Shown: positions 1 through 9,636, counted from the first letter of the stretch. The stretch: DNA of 64,000 bases from Candidatus Cryptobacteroides sp. (GCA_045597605.1 JAZLKN010000042.1:15504-79503); one strand, 5' to 3'. Notes: a model not told the origin generated them from the letters alone. Translations and numbers: made by a program.

Positions 1-751
1 TGAGAATAAAATCCTTTCCGAGGCCATCCTCCAATGCCGCCGTTATCACTGCCGCATCGGCACCTCCCTTTATCTCGGGCCTGTAGGAAATGGCCACCGA
101 TTCGGCCCCTCCGCTCAGCAGGGAGTAATATGAGGCAACCGCGTTACAAAGAGCATCGGCGAAATTCTGCCTGCATTGCATAATGACTGCACCGGCCTCT
201 CCCATCTGCGCATCGGTGATTTCGAACAGAGCCTTGTCCGGAGCCGCTTCCTTCAAAAGACGGTTCCTCTGTGCCAGCAGCCTGTTGTAACGCTGAAGGG
301 CTGCCAGATAGCCGGCATCCATCTGGGACAGCACGGTATTCACAAAGCGGCGCCTTTCCTCACCGCTTTCACAGACAAGGGAGGAATCCTGCGGGGACAC
401 CATCACTACCGGCAGCGTACCTATATGCTCGCTCAATTTGCGGCAGACTTTGTCATCCCTTTTGACAATCTTGGAGTCCCGGCCTGTATTTACGACAAAA
501 CGGGAAACCGTACCGTCGTGCATAAGATATTCCCCCGCAAGGGAGAAAGAATCCGCCCCGTGACGTATGCAGAAGCTGTCAGGGGTGTTCAAGGCACTGC
601 GCGTTATGGAAAGATAATGTATGGCATCCAGAAGGTTGGTCTTGCCCTGACCGTTTTTTCCGCATATGCAGTTGATGCCCGGACAGAACGGCAGCTCCGC
701 AAAAGCTATGTTGCGGAAATTCTGCACAATGATTTTTTTGAGCGATGCCAT
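1..751 (-). CDS. recF: DNA replication/repair protein RecF (5' part; runs off window start)
   Basis: Manual translation of minus strand from ATG at 751: MASLKKIIVQNFRNIAFAELPFCPGINCICGKNGQGKTNLLDAIHYLS, the RecF N-terminus with Walker A GKNGQGKTN. Absent from the ORF track because the stop lies outside the window. Confidence 0.93.
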   Translation of the reverse strand, partial: MASLKKIIVQNFRNIAFAELPFCPGINCICGKNGQGKTNLLDAIHYLSITRSALNTPDSFCIRHGADSFSLAGEYLMHDGTVSRFVVNTGRDSKIVKRDDKVCRKLSEHIGTLPVVMVSPQDSSLVCESGEERRRFVNTVLSQMDAGYLAALQRYNRLLAQRNRLLKEAAPDKALFEITDAQMGEAGAVIMQCRQNFADALCNAVASYYSLLSGGAESVAISYRPEIKGGADAAVITAALEDGLGKDFIL

Positions 752-839
752 CAATGCAAATATATCGAAATTATTGCAGAATTGAACGAAAAAGTTTATT
801 TTTGCACTTCGTTTTTCAGGAATATAAACAAACAGTCAT

Positions 840-1505
840 ATGGCAAAAGAAGTTAAAACCGAGAACGAGGCCGTTGTTTCCGCTGTCAGCAAAGTGGAAA
901 TCTTCCTCGACGAGAACAAAAAGACCATTTGGGGCATCATTGCCGCCATCGCAGTTGTCGCCGGCGCATCATACCTCTATTATAAGTTCGCCTTCCTTCC
1001 CAAGAAGGCCGAGGCCCAGGCCGAGATGTACAAAGCAGAGTCTTCTTTCCGCGACGGAAACTATGAACTGGCTCTGAACGGCGACGGTAACGTATTGGGT
1101 TTCAAGGATATCATCAGTGAGTACGGCTCCAAGGCCGGCAAATCCGTTTATTTCTATGCAGCTGTTTGCGAGCTTCAGGCAGGCAATGCCGATGAGGCTC
1201 TGGAGTATATTTCCAAGTACAGCACCAAGGACAAGGTTCTGGGCGGACGTGCAGAGGCCCTGAAGGGTGACGCCCACTGCAATAAGGAAGAGTACGCTAA
1301 GGCAGCTTCCTGCTTCGAGAAGGCCGCAAGGATTTCCGACAACCTGTTCAGCGCCACATATCTTCTCAAGGCGGGACAGGCCTACGAGGCTCTCGGAGAC
1401 AACGCAAAGGCTCTCAAGGCCTACAGGACTATCAAGGACCAGTATGCCGGAAGCATCGAGGCTTACGATATTGACAAATATATCACACGCTTGGAAGTTA
1501 AGTAA
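840..1505 (+). CDS. Membrane-anchored tetratricopeptide-repeat protein (YfgM-like)
   Basis: N-terminal hydrophobic helix (TIWGIIAAIAVVAGASYLYY) followed by TPR-like helices (YLLKAGQAYEALGDNAKALKAY). Confidence 0.8.
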   Translation: MAKEVKTENEAVVSAVSKVEIFLDENKKTIWGIIAAIAVVAGASYLYYKFAFLPKKAEAQAEMYKAESSFRDGNYELALNGDGNVLGFKDIISEYGSKAGKSVYFYAAVCELQAGNADEALEYISKYSTKDKVLGGRAEALKGDAHCNKEEYAKAASCFEKAARISDNLFSATYLLKAGQAYEALGDNAKALKAYRTIKDQYAGSIEAYDIDKYITRLEVK

Positions 1506-1507
1506 TT

Positions 1508-2242
1508 ATGGGACGCGCATTCGAATTCAGGAAAGAACGCAAGTTCAAACGCTGGGGCCACATGGCCAAGACCTTCACCAAGATAGGCAAGGAAATCACC
1601 ATAGCCGTAAAACAGGGAGGTCCCGACGTTACAGGCAACCCCCGTCTCCGTTCGCTGATTGCAACCGCACGCAGCGAGAATATGCCTAAAGAGAATGTCG
1701 AGAGGGCTATCAAAAGAGCAAGCGAGAAGGATCAGGCCGATTACAAGGAGGTTGTACTGGAAGGACGCGCTCCCCACGGAGTTGCCGTACTCGTGGAGTG
1801 CACCACTGACAACAACAACCGCACAGTGGCCAACGTACGCAGCTATTTCACAAAATTCGGCGGCAGCCTCGGCACCAGCGGTTCGGTTGAATATATGTTC
1901 GACCGCAAATGCTTCTTCCGTATGAAATCCGACAAGCCCGTCGATATGGAGGAACTCGAACTGGAGCTCATCGACTATGGCGTTGACGAGGTATTCGAAG
2001 AGTACGACGAGGAGAAGGACGAAAAGATTATCTGCGTGTACGGTGAGTTCACCGCATACAACAACATCCAGAAGTTCATCGAGGACAACGGATACGAGCT
2101 GGTTTCAGCCGAGTTCACCAGACTCCCCAACTGCGAACTCAAGGAGTGCTCTGAGGAGGAGAGGGCAGGAATCGACAAACTGCTCGAGAAACTCGAAGAG
2201 GATGAGGACGTACAGAACGTTTACCACACAATGAAAGAATAA
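1508..2242 (+). CDS. yebC: YebC/PmpR family protein
   Basis: MGRAFEFRK..FTKIGKEITIAVKQGGPD..NPRLR, ECTTDNNNRT and LEEDEDVQNVYH signatures. Confidence 0.95.
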   Translation: MGRAFEFRKERKFKRWGHMAKTFTKIGKEITIAVKQGGPDVTGNPRLRSLIATARSENMPKENVERAIKRASEKDQADYKEVVLEGRAPHGVAVLVECTTDNNNRTVANVRSYFTKFGGSLGTSGSVEYMFDRKCFFRMKSDKPVDMEELELELIDYGVDEVFEEYDEEKDEKIICVYGEFTAYNNIQKFIEDNGYELVSAEFTRLPNCELKECSEEERAGIDKLLEKLEEDEDVQNVYHTMKE

Positions 2243-2246
2243 TAGC

Positions 2247-2283
2247 AGAACCGCCGGATCGAAAACCCGGCGGTTCTCTATTT
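2247..2283 (+). terminator. Intrinsic terminator after yebC
   Basis: AGAACCGCCGG (2247-2257) / CCGGCGGTTCT (2267-2277) perfect stem followed by CTATTT. Confidence 0.7.
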
Positions 2284-2289
2284 GGAACC

Positions 2290-2309
2290 TGTTGATAACT
2301 TGTTGATAA
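2290..2309 (-). repeat. Tandem TGTTGATAA (reverse complement TTATCAACA, DnaA-box-like) pair
   Basis: TGTTGATAACT repeated twice with 11-bp period at 2290 and 2301. Confidence 0.5.
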
Positions 2310-2397
2310 CTTGACCGGGAACGATTTGCCGGGCCCGTGTCTAAGCAGTAAATTTGCACCATATATTATAAATCTCATTAACCAATTAAATTCATCT

Positions 2398-5300
2398 ATG
2401 AGCAAAACAATCTTGCGTTTGAGTTCCGTATTCGCCGGACTCATTGTCTTCGTTGTTTCTGCCTACGCGCAGATTACAACATCCGCTCTGAATGGTAAAA
2501 TTTCCGATCAGAACGGAGATCCGATTGCGGGTGCTACGGTTGTTGCCGTACACACCCCCTCTGGTACACAGTACTATGCTGTTGCCAATGCCGAAGGACG
2601 TTATGCCATCAACGGTATGCGCGCCGGCGGTCCCTACGAGGTGAAAGTTGACTGTCTCGGTTACCAGACCGTCACTTACACCGACATCACCCTCACTCTT
2701 GCAGAGAACTACGCCCTCAGTGCAGCTCTCGCCGATGATTCCAAGGTCCTGGAAGAGGCTGTAGTCATCTCCACCGCCAGCAGCAAGTTCGCAGGCGAGA
2801 AGATGGGTTCTTCCACCAACATCAACAACAAGCAGATTACTGAGCTGCCCACAGTTACCAGGAACATCACCGACGTTACCCGCCTTTCTCCTTACGGCGG
2901 CAACGGTATGACCTTCGCAGGTGCTGACGGACGTACCGCCAACTTCACCGTCGACGGTGCCGACTTCAACAACAATTTCGGTCTGAGTTCGAACCTTCCC
3001 GGCGGCGGCAGCCCTATCTCCATCGATGCAATCGAGGAAATGCAGGTTGTTATCTCCCCCTTCGACGTACGTCAGACCAACTTCATCGGCGGTGGCGTGA
3101 ACGCCATCACCAAATCAGGTACCAACAAGTTCAAAGGTTCCGCCTACGTATATCACCGCAACGAATTTATGCGCGGTGACACGATTGAAGGCGAGCAGAT
3201 TTCAGGCGCACGCGCAAAGGACCGCACTACTACTTACGGTGCAACTCTCGGCGGTCCCATCGTCAAGAACAAGCTCTTCTTCTTCGCCAACTTCGAAATG
3301 ACCAAGACTCCTACCGAGGTAAACCGCTGGAGAGGTTCGAAAGACGGTGTCGCTGATGCCAACAACTATATTTCCCGCACTAAAGAGAGCGACCTTCAGG
3401 CCGTTTCCGACTATGTCGCCAAGAAATACGGTTACAGCACAGGTTCATGGACCAGCTATCCTGCCGACGAGAGCAACATGAAACTCCTCGCCCGCTTAGA
3501 CTGGAACATCACCGACAACCATCACCTTGCAGTCCGTTACAACTACACCCTGAACAAGGCCTGGAACCCTACCAATGGAACTTCAATGGACGGTGGTACT
3601 CGTATGAGCGGTTCCCGTCTGTCACAGTACTCAATGGCTTTCGCCAACTCACTGTACTCAATGGACAACATCGTTCATACAGCTGCCATCGATCTCAACA
3701 GCCGCATCAGCAACGAACTGTCCAACCAGTTCCTTGCCACATTCTCAAAGCTTGACGATGTCCGCGGCTCCACTTCAGACGAGTTCCCCTTCATCGACAT
3801 CACCAAGGGCGGCAACAACTACATGGCCCTCGGTTACGAGCTCTTCACCTGGAACAACGGTGTGCACAACAACGTGCTCAACATCAAGGACGACCTTACC
3901 TGGATCAAGGGCAACCACAAGCTCACAGGCGGTCTCTCATACGAATATCAGATGGCCGACAACGCTTATATGCGTAACGGTACCGGTTACTATCGTTATA
4001 ACTGGGAGGATGGTATGACTGTAGAACAGCTGTTCAACCAAACCCCCGAAGTTGTCTGCCTCACCTACGGTTACGGCGGAGAAACCAACCCCGCGGCCCG
4101 TGTACGCTTCCACAAGGCCGGTCTCTATGCACAGGACGAGTGGTCTGCCAGCGACAAGGTGAAACTCACCTATGGTCTGCGTCTCGACGGTCTGTTCTTC
4201 GACAATCAGGACCTGATGACCAACAACGAAATTCTGAAGCTCGACTATAACGGCCGCAGTGTGGACACCGGCAAATGGCCCAAAGGTCAGATCATCGTTT
4301 CACCCCGTCTCGGCGTGGTATGGGACGTGCTCGGCGACAAGAGCCTGAAGGTTCGCGGCGGTACGGGTCTGTTCAGCGGACGTCTTCCCCTCGTATTCTT
4401 CACCAATATGCCGACCAATAGCGGTATGGTTCAGTACCAGGCCCAGATAAACGCATCAGAGGCTGCAAAGAAAGGCTACTCAATGGATGTTTTCAACGGC
4501 GGTCCTTTAACCAGCATCGACGCTCTGCGCAACAAGCTCATCGGCCTCGGTTATCCTGAGACCATCAGCCCTGAAGATGGTACCACGCCTTCAGCTGTGA
4601 ACGGCGTTGACCCCAACTTCAAGATGCCTCAGGTATGGAAGACCTCTCTCGCTATCGACTACTCCTTCCCTACCTCATTCCCCTTCACCATCTCTGCTGA
4701 GGGTATCTTCAACAAGACCATCAACGGTGTATGCATCTCTGACTGGGCTATCCCTTCAGTAGGCGGCTTCGCACGCTTCAACGGTGTTGACAACCGTCCC
4801 ATCTATCCTGCAGGCTTCAGAGGCAGCCTCCCCAAGGCATTCGTCCTTGAGAACACCAATCAGGGCTATGGCTGGTCTGCCAACGTGACCTTGAACATCC
4901 GTCCCATCGAGGGTCTGAGCATCATGGCAGCCTACACCCACACTGCCAGCAAGGAAATCACCGGTATGCCCGGTTCTGCCGCTGAATCTGCATTCACCTA
5001 TGTTCCCACTTCAGAGGGTCCCAACAACATCAAGCTGCACAACTCAGAGTACGTTACCCCCGACCGCGTTGTCGCTTCACTCACTCACAACGACAAGTCA
5101 GGCAACCACTTCAGCTTCATCTATGAGGCCTGGAGAGGAGGTTACAACTACTCTTATATGACTACCAACGACATGAACGGCGACGGCTATGCTTATGACG
5201 CAGTTTATGTTCCTACAGACGAGCAGGTTGCCAGCAAGCAGATGAGGTTCAAATCTCAGGACGATGCTGACCGCTACCTCGCCTTCATCCACAACGACGC

Positions 5301-5679
5301 ATACCTGAGCAAACATCAGGGACAGTATGCAGAAGGCTACAGCGTTTATTCTCCTTGGGTTCACAGGGTTGACTTCAGCTACAAGCACGACTTCCTCCTC
5401 AACAAGAAGGAGCGCAAGAACAGCAACGTTCTCCAGCTCTGCTTCGACATCAAGAACGTTCTCAACCTCTTCAACTCCAGCTGGGGCGTAAGCAAATACC
5501 TCAACCCCGCCATCGGTTCAGAGGCACGCATCCTCAAGTACGAAGGTGTTGACGCAGAAGGCTACGCCACATTCTCTACTCCTGCAGCCATCAACGGCTC
5601 TACCGAGACCTTCGTTTGCAGCCACGGCATAGGCCAATGCTGGAACGCCTCAATCGGTATCAAATATTTGTTCAACTAA
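2398..5679 (+). CDS. TonB-dependent outer-membrane receptor, Oar-like, with N-terminal carboxypeptidase-regulatory-like domain
   Basis: Signal peptide ending AYA|Q; GATVVAVHTPSGTQY..GRY..GMRAGGPY; plug motif FTVDGADFNNNFGL; GGGVNAITKSGTN; C-terminal YLFN. Start placed at ATG 2398 downstream of TAAATTTG (2349-2356). Confidence 0.92.
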   Translation: MSKTILRLSSVFAGLIVFVVSAYAQITTSALNGKISDQNGDPIAGATVVAVHTPSGTQYYAVANAEGRYAINGMRAGGPYEVKVDCLGYQTVTYTDITLTLAENYALSAALADDSKVLEEAVVISTASSKFAGEKMGSSTNINNKQITELPTVTRNITDVTRLSPYGGNGMTFAGADGRTANFTVDGADFNNNFGLSSNLPGGGSPISIDAIEEMQVVISPFDVRQTNFIGGGVNAITKSGTNKFKGSAYVYHRNEFMRGDTIEGEQISGARAKDRTTTYGATLGGPIVKNKLFFFANFEMTKTPTEVNRWRGSKDGVADANNYISRTKESDLQAVSDYVAKKYGYSTGSWTSYPADESNMKLLARLDWNITDNHHLAVRYNYTLNKAWNPTNGTSMDGGTRMSGSRLSQYSMAFANSLYSMDNIVHTAAIDLNSRISNELSNQFLATFSKLDDVRGSTSDEFPFIDITKGGNNYMALGYELFTWNNGVHNNVLNIKDDLTWIKGNHKLTGGLSYEYQMADNAYMRNGTGYYRYNWEDGMTVEQLFNQTPEVVCLTYGYGGETNPAARVRFHKAGLYAQDEWSASDKVKLTYGLRLDGLFFDNQDLMTNNEILKLDYNGRSVDTGKWPKGQIIVSPRLGVVWDVLGDKSLKVRGGTGLFSGRLPLVFFTNMPTNSGMVQYQAQINASEAAKKGYSMDVFNGGPLTSIDALRNKLIGLGYPETISPEDGTTPSAVNGVDPNFKMPQVWKTSLAIDYSFPTSFPFTISAEGIFNKTINGVCISDWAIPSVGGFARFNGVDNRPIYPAGFRGSLPKAFVLENTNQGYGWSANVTLNIRPIEGLSIMAAYTHTASKEITGMPGSAAESAFTYVPTSEGPNNIKLHNSEYVTPDRVVASLTHNDKSGNHFSFIYEAWRGGYNYSYMTTNDMNGDGYAYDAVYVPTDEQVASKQMRFKSQDDADRYLAFIHNDAYLSKHQGQYAEGYSVYSPWVHRVDFSYKHDFLLNKKERKNSNVLQLCFDIKNVLNLFNSSWGVSKYLNPAIGSEARILKYEGVDAEGYATFSTPAAINGSTETFVCSHGIGQCWNASIGIKYLFN

Positions 5680-5697
5680 TAAAATCCGATTACGAAT

Positions 5698-7755
5698 ATG
5701 AAAGCAAAATATATAATTGCATCGCTTGTAGCCGCTTGCGCTCTTGCAATCGGATGTACAAAGGAAACTCCTACCCTTCTTGATGAGGTTCAGGTTGATT
5801 CTTCCTACATTGGTCTTACCAACAGCGAAGGGACCAACAGCAAAACCATCACTGTGACCGCAATTGACTCGTGGTCAATCAACTCCATCCCCGAGTGGCT
5901 CACAATCGCTCCCCAGAGCGGATCAGCCGGCGAAACAAAGGTGACTTTCACTGCAGAAAAAGCTGCCGCAACCCGCGAGGCTACCGTAAAGATTGCCTGT
6001 GCTGGAAAGGAACAGACCATTATCGTTAAACAGGAAGCCGAGAAAGTCGAGCCCAAAACCTTGACCGTCGCAGAGGCTATTGAGATTTGCAATGGTCTTG
6101 CAGACAAGGAAATAGCATCTGGTGAATATCGCGTCAAAGGTATTGTTTGCAGCATTGTAGAAATCAGTGTGCAGTATGGAAACGCCACTTTCTGGCTTTC
6201 CGACAATGGTAAATTCGAGAGCGGCAAGACTTTCGAGGTTTATCGTGCACTTTGGCTCAACGGTGCCGCAGTCAAGGCTGGCGACAGCGTTGATGTCGGC
6301 GACGAGGTAATCATCGAGGGCAAGATCATGAAGTATGGTACAACTCCCGAAACAGCTGAAAAGCAGGCTTACGTTTACCAGATCAACAAGTCCCTCATCA
6401 AATGCGACTCTCTGGTATTCAACGGCGTGAAACTGGAGGCTCTCCCCATCGAGGGCGGCGAATTCGAGGCTGCACTCGTATGCAAGGGCAACGGTGTTTC
6501 CGTAACCATTCCCGATGATGCCAAATCTTGGCTCTCAGTTACCGGAATTCAGACTTCTGGTGATAAGGCAACCGTTACCTTCCTCGCAGCCGAGAATACG
6601 GGCGGTGACCGCAGCGCAGATCTTACCTTCGTCACAACAGACGGAGGCAAAGAATACACTGCAGCCGCATCTGTAGCACAGAAAGGCGCTATCCTCGAGG
6701 TCAGCATCGCCGAGTTCAATGCTGCTCCCAAGAGCTCTACCGTTTACAGAATCAGCGGTTTCGTTACCAAGATTGATGATGCTACCAAGGGTAATTTCCA
6801 CCTTAAGGACTACTCTGCCGAGACTTATGCCTACAAGGCCACCAATTTTGCTGACTTCAGCACTCTCAAGGTCGGTGACCTCGTTACAATCATCGGTAAC
6901 AGGGATGAATACAACACTACCATCGAGCTCACCAACGGTGTAATCGAGGATGTCAAGACCGTTACAGTCAAGACAGTTGCCGAAGCAGATGCTCTTGAAG
7001 ATGACGACAAGAACGACCCTAAGAACTACATTATGATAACCGGTACCGTCAAGGATGGCACTGCAAAATCAGGACACAAGTTCGATCTTACCAACTATGG
7101 CAACTTCGACCTTGCTGATGAAACTGGCGAAATCTATGTATACGGTGTTTCTACAGGCTGGAAAGGTGCCAAAGGAAGCGGTGCATTTGCAACTCTCGGT
7201 GTCAAGGAAGGTGACAAGATTACTATCATTGCCTACAAGACCAGCTACAATGGCCTGAACCAGCTCGTAGGATATTACTATTCACACGAGTCCGGCGATA
7301 CTCCCGAACCGGTAGTTTCCGAGTATTCAATCGATCTGGCTTATGAAAAAGGAGAAAATTCCTATGATGACGGCATTGCCACAATCAATGACGTGGAGAA
7401 CCAGAAAGTGCTGAAGATCGGCACCAGCAGCAAGCGGGGCTCACTTACTTTCACCGTGCCTGCAGGATCAACCAAAGTGACCGCCTATGCCATTGCATGG
7501 AAAGGCAAAGCCACAACGCTTGAATTCAAGGTTGGTGACCAGGTGATTGGAACTCAGGCCATTGCAGCCAACGACGGTGCTACGAACATCAGCCCCTATA
7601 CAATCACCGTTGCAGATTCTGACAAATACACTCTCGACCTCGGCGGTGCACTGCCTGCTGACACACAGGTAACTGTTACAACTCCCGAAGATACTGCATC
7701 TGACAAGCAGCGTGCAATCCTCTTCGGTGTAAAAGCCCTTACAGAGAAGAAATAA
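5698..7755 (+). CDS. Surface lipoprotein with two BACON-like domains and three OB-fold-like repeats
   Basis: Lipobox LAIGC at Cys20; BACON-like PEWLTIAPQSGSAGETKVTFTA..REATVKI and SWLSV..VTFLAAENTGGDRSA; three repeats of the pattern xV/I-AE..Y.V/I.G.V...GNF/A..L.D...Y.Y..V/L.VGD.V.I.G...Y. Confidence 0.7.
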   Translation: MKAKYIIASLVAACALAIGCTKETPTLLDEVQVDSSYIGLTNSEGTNSKTITVTAIDSWSINSIPEWLTIAPQSGSAGETKVTFTAEKAAATREATVKIACAGKEQTIIVKQEAEKVEPKTLTVAEAIEICNGLADKEIASGEYRVKGIVCSIVEISVQYGNATFWLSDNGKFESGKTFEVYRALWLNGAAVKAGDSVDVGDEVIIEGKIMKYGTTPETAEKQAYVYQINKSLIKCDSLVFNGVKLEALPIEGGEFEAALVCKGNGVSVTIPDDAKSWLSVTGIQTSGDKATVTFLAAENTGGDRSADLTFVTTDGGKEYTAAASVAQKGAILEVSIAEFNAAPKSSTVYRISGFVTKIDDATKGNFHLKDYSAETYAYKATNFADFSTLKVGDLVTIIGNRDEYNTTIELTNGVIEDVKTVTVKTVAEADALEDDDKNDPKNYIMITGTVKDGTAKSGHKFDLTNYGNFDLADETGEIYVYGVSTGWKGAKGSGAFATLGVKEGDKITIIAYKTSYNGLNQLVGYYYSHESGDTPEPVVSEYSIDLAYEKGENSYDDGIATINDVENQKVLKIGTSSKRGSLTFTVPAGSTKVTAYAIAWKGKATTLEFKVGDQVIGTQAIAANDGATNISPYTITVADSDKYTLDLGGALPADTQVTVTTPEDTASDKQRAILFGVKALTEKK

Positions 7756-7772
7756 TTACTTCTTACACCTTT

Positions 7773-7808
7773 AAAGGAACGGACCCTCATCGGGCCCGTT
7801 CTTTTTTT
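7773..7808 (+). terminator. Intrinsic terminator
   Basis: GAACGGACCC-TCATC-GGGCCCGTTC stem followed by T7. Confidence 0.85.
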
Positions 7809-7871
7809 GTCTGATATATTCCGGAAACTGTAAATTATCTTATCTTTGTAGAGATATTGAACGATGGGAAT

Positions 7872-8303
7872 ATGAAGATAGACATTTCATTCAAGGCAGC
7901 AGAAGGCTGGACCGTTGAGAACGACGTTTATACCGATGAAAGCGGAATGGAAATCAGTCATATAGAGGCTGACTGTACCGCTGACGGATCCTTTGTGGAG
8001 ATTCACGCAGGGCCTATGCCTGAGGGCGAGACTGCCGAAGACCAGGCTTTTGCCAATTACGCGGAGTCCGTGGGATTCGATGACGACAGCGAGGACTCCC
8101 CTATCGTGAAATTCAAGTTCAACGGCAAGAATGCCTGGGGGTTCGATGCCCTCTGCGAAGATGACAAACCTCTCAGGCTGATATGCCAGGAGGCTAAAAG
8201 CGGAGTGCTTGCAGTAATAATACTAGGAGCATCGGATGACGCCAAACTGGAAGAACTGACTTCCTTTGTCGAGTCCAAATTGAGAATCAACATCTTGCAA
8301 TAA
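7872..8303 (+). CDS. Acidic hypothetical protein
   Basis: ORF with its own TATCTTTG promoter upstream and a stop overlapping the next start (TAATG); no recognised motif. Confidence 0.7.
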   Translation: MKIDISFKAAEGWTVENDVYTDESGMEISHIEADCTADGSFVEIHAGPMPEGETAEDQAFANYAESVGFDDDSEDSPIVKFKFNGKNAWGFDALCEDDKPLRLICQEAKSGVLAVIILGASDDAKLEELTSFVESKLRINILQ

Positions 8304-8938
8304 TGAAAAGATTCAGCATCGTCGCAGTAGCGGTTTCTGCTTTTCTAGCTGTTTCAGCAAACGCCCAGACCTATGATTACGTTCTTACCAAGGGCAAGGA
8401 GACATCAAGCGTCAGATGGGTTGAAACGGACGAGGGAAACGGCAGAACAATCGATATACATGTAGGCGGACAGATTTTCAGGCAAACTGTGGACAATGAC
8501 AGGAAGACCACATACTGGCACTACATCTACGATAGGGAGAACACTGATTACGAGGTTACCCTGAAGGACGGCATCTACACTTTCAAGGGCAGACTCAAAG
8601 ACAGGACATTGAACAAGACCGAGAAGAGCAAGGGTCATCACTGGTATCAGAACATTTCCTACAAGGCGGGAGTGACTCTCAAGAACACGGGTGAATCGCT
8701 CGTCTATGAATGCATAAGAATGGACAATGCGAGTCTCAATGTGATGCAGGTTACGAACATAGGGCAGGAACCCGTCAATGGCAAGATGGCTAACCATCTG
8801 AAAATCACCCCTACGGGTGCTCTGGCAAAGCTCTGGACCTGCCACGAATACTGCGACCCCGATACAGGTGTAATGGTATCCTACAGTGCCGTTGAAGGCG
8901 TTCCCGGCACTCCCGAAACCAAATGGACGATAAAGTAA
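8303..8938 (+). CDS. Secreted hypothetical protein
   Basis: Signal peptide MKRFSIVAVAVSAFLAVSANA|Q; beta-rich composition; TAATG coupling on both sides. Confidence 0.75.
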   Translation: MKRFSIVAVAVSAFLAVSANAQTYDYVLTKGKETSSVRWVETDEGNGRTIDIHVGGQIFRQTVDNDRKTTYWHYIYDRENTDYEVTLKDGIYTFKGRLKDRTLNKTEKSKGHHWYQNISYKAGVTLKNTGESLVYECIRMDNASLNVMQVTNIGQEPVNGKMANHLKITPTGALAKLWTCHEYCDPDTGVMVSYSAVEGVPGTPETKWTIK

Positions 8939-9438
8939 TGACAGAAGAGCTGGAAAACAGGATACAGAAGTCCGTAGAGTATTTTATGACCGGTTATGGC
9001 TGCGGCCAGAGTGTTGTTGCCGCCTTCGCTGATTTGTACGGTATGGATGAGGCAACGGCTCTCAAGATCGGTAATGGCTTCGGCGGTGGTGTCGGCAAGA
9101 TGAGGATGATGTGCGGCGCCGTGTCAGGTATGGTTATACTGGCGGGACTGGAGAGCTGCAAGGGTTCAGACGATGGCGCTTCTGACGGCAGTGCCGCAGA
9201 CGGTATCCGGGCAGACAAGGCCCAATGCTATCGTTTGGTTCAGGATCTTCTGGAAGCCTTCAAGCAGGCCAACGGCTCGATAATCTGCGCAGAACTGCTG
9301 GGATTGACCGGAAAACCGGTCGCCGGTGATTTCGTCCCCTCAGAGCGCAACGCACATTACTACAAGACCCGCCCCTGTGCCGCCAAGGTCGAGTCTGCCG
9401 CCCGCATATTCGCCAAATATCTTCAGTCCAGGAATTAA
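8938..9438 (+). CDS. C_GCAxxG_C_C family putative redox protein
   Basis: GYGCGQSV, CGAVSG, SIICAELL and RPCAAKV motifs. Confidence 0.9.
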   Translation: MTEELENRIQKSVEYFMTGYGCGQSVVAAFADLYGMDEATALKIGNGFGGGVGKMRMMCGAVSGMVILAGLESCKGSDDGASDGSAADGIRADKAQCYRLVQDLLEAFKQANGSIICAELLGLTGKPVAGDFVPSERNAHYYKTRPCAAKVESAARIFAKYLQSRN

Positions 9439-9448
9439 TAACCGTTTT

Positions 9449-9524
9449 ATTACGGCAGTACCACCACTTCAGGCGGGCATAACCCATGATCAAAAGCCCC
9501 CTGAAATGGTGGTACTGCCGTAAT
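9449..9524. repeat. Long palindrome, loop-conserved family copy 1
   Basis: Arms 9449-9473 and 9500-9524 (25 bp, 1 mismatch), inner GGGC/GCCC, loop ATAACCCATGATCAAAA. Confidence 0.9.
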
Positions 9525-9536
9525 TATGTGTTTTGC

Positions 9537-9581
9537 GTACTCACTCCCTCACTTCTCCAAGGAAGTAGCCACAACTTCAGG
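9537..9581. repeat. Degenerate REP-like inverted doublet
   Basis: GTACTCACTCC (9537-9547) and GGAAGTAGCCAC (9561-9572) resemble the units at 12099-12209. Confidence 0.6.
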
Positions 9582-9636
9582 AGATTCCGCACAGGAATTA
9601 AACTGTTTTGCCGACTGATTTCGATAAGAGAAGCCA

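Noticed and set aside
176-856. 226-aa plus-strand ORF
   Set aside because: It is the antisense shadow of recF and has no motif of its own.
2243-2397. Replication origin near recF
   Set aside because: Only two imperfect DnaA boxes in a short gap, no dnaA/dnaN in the window, and GC skew could not be computed.
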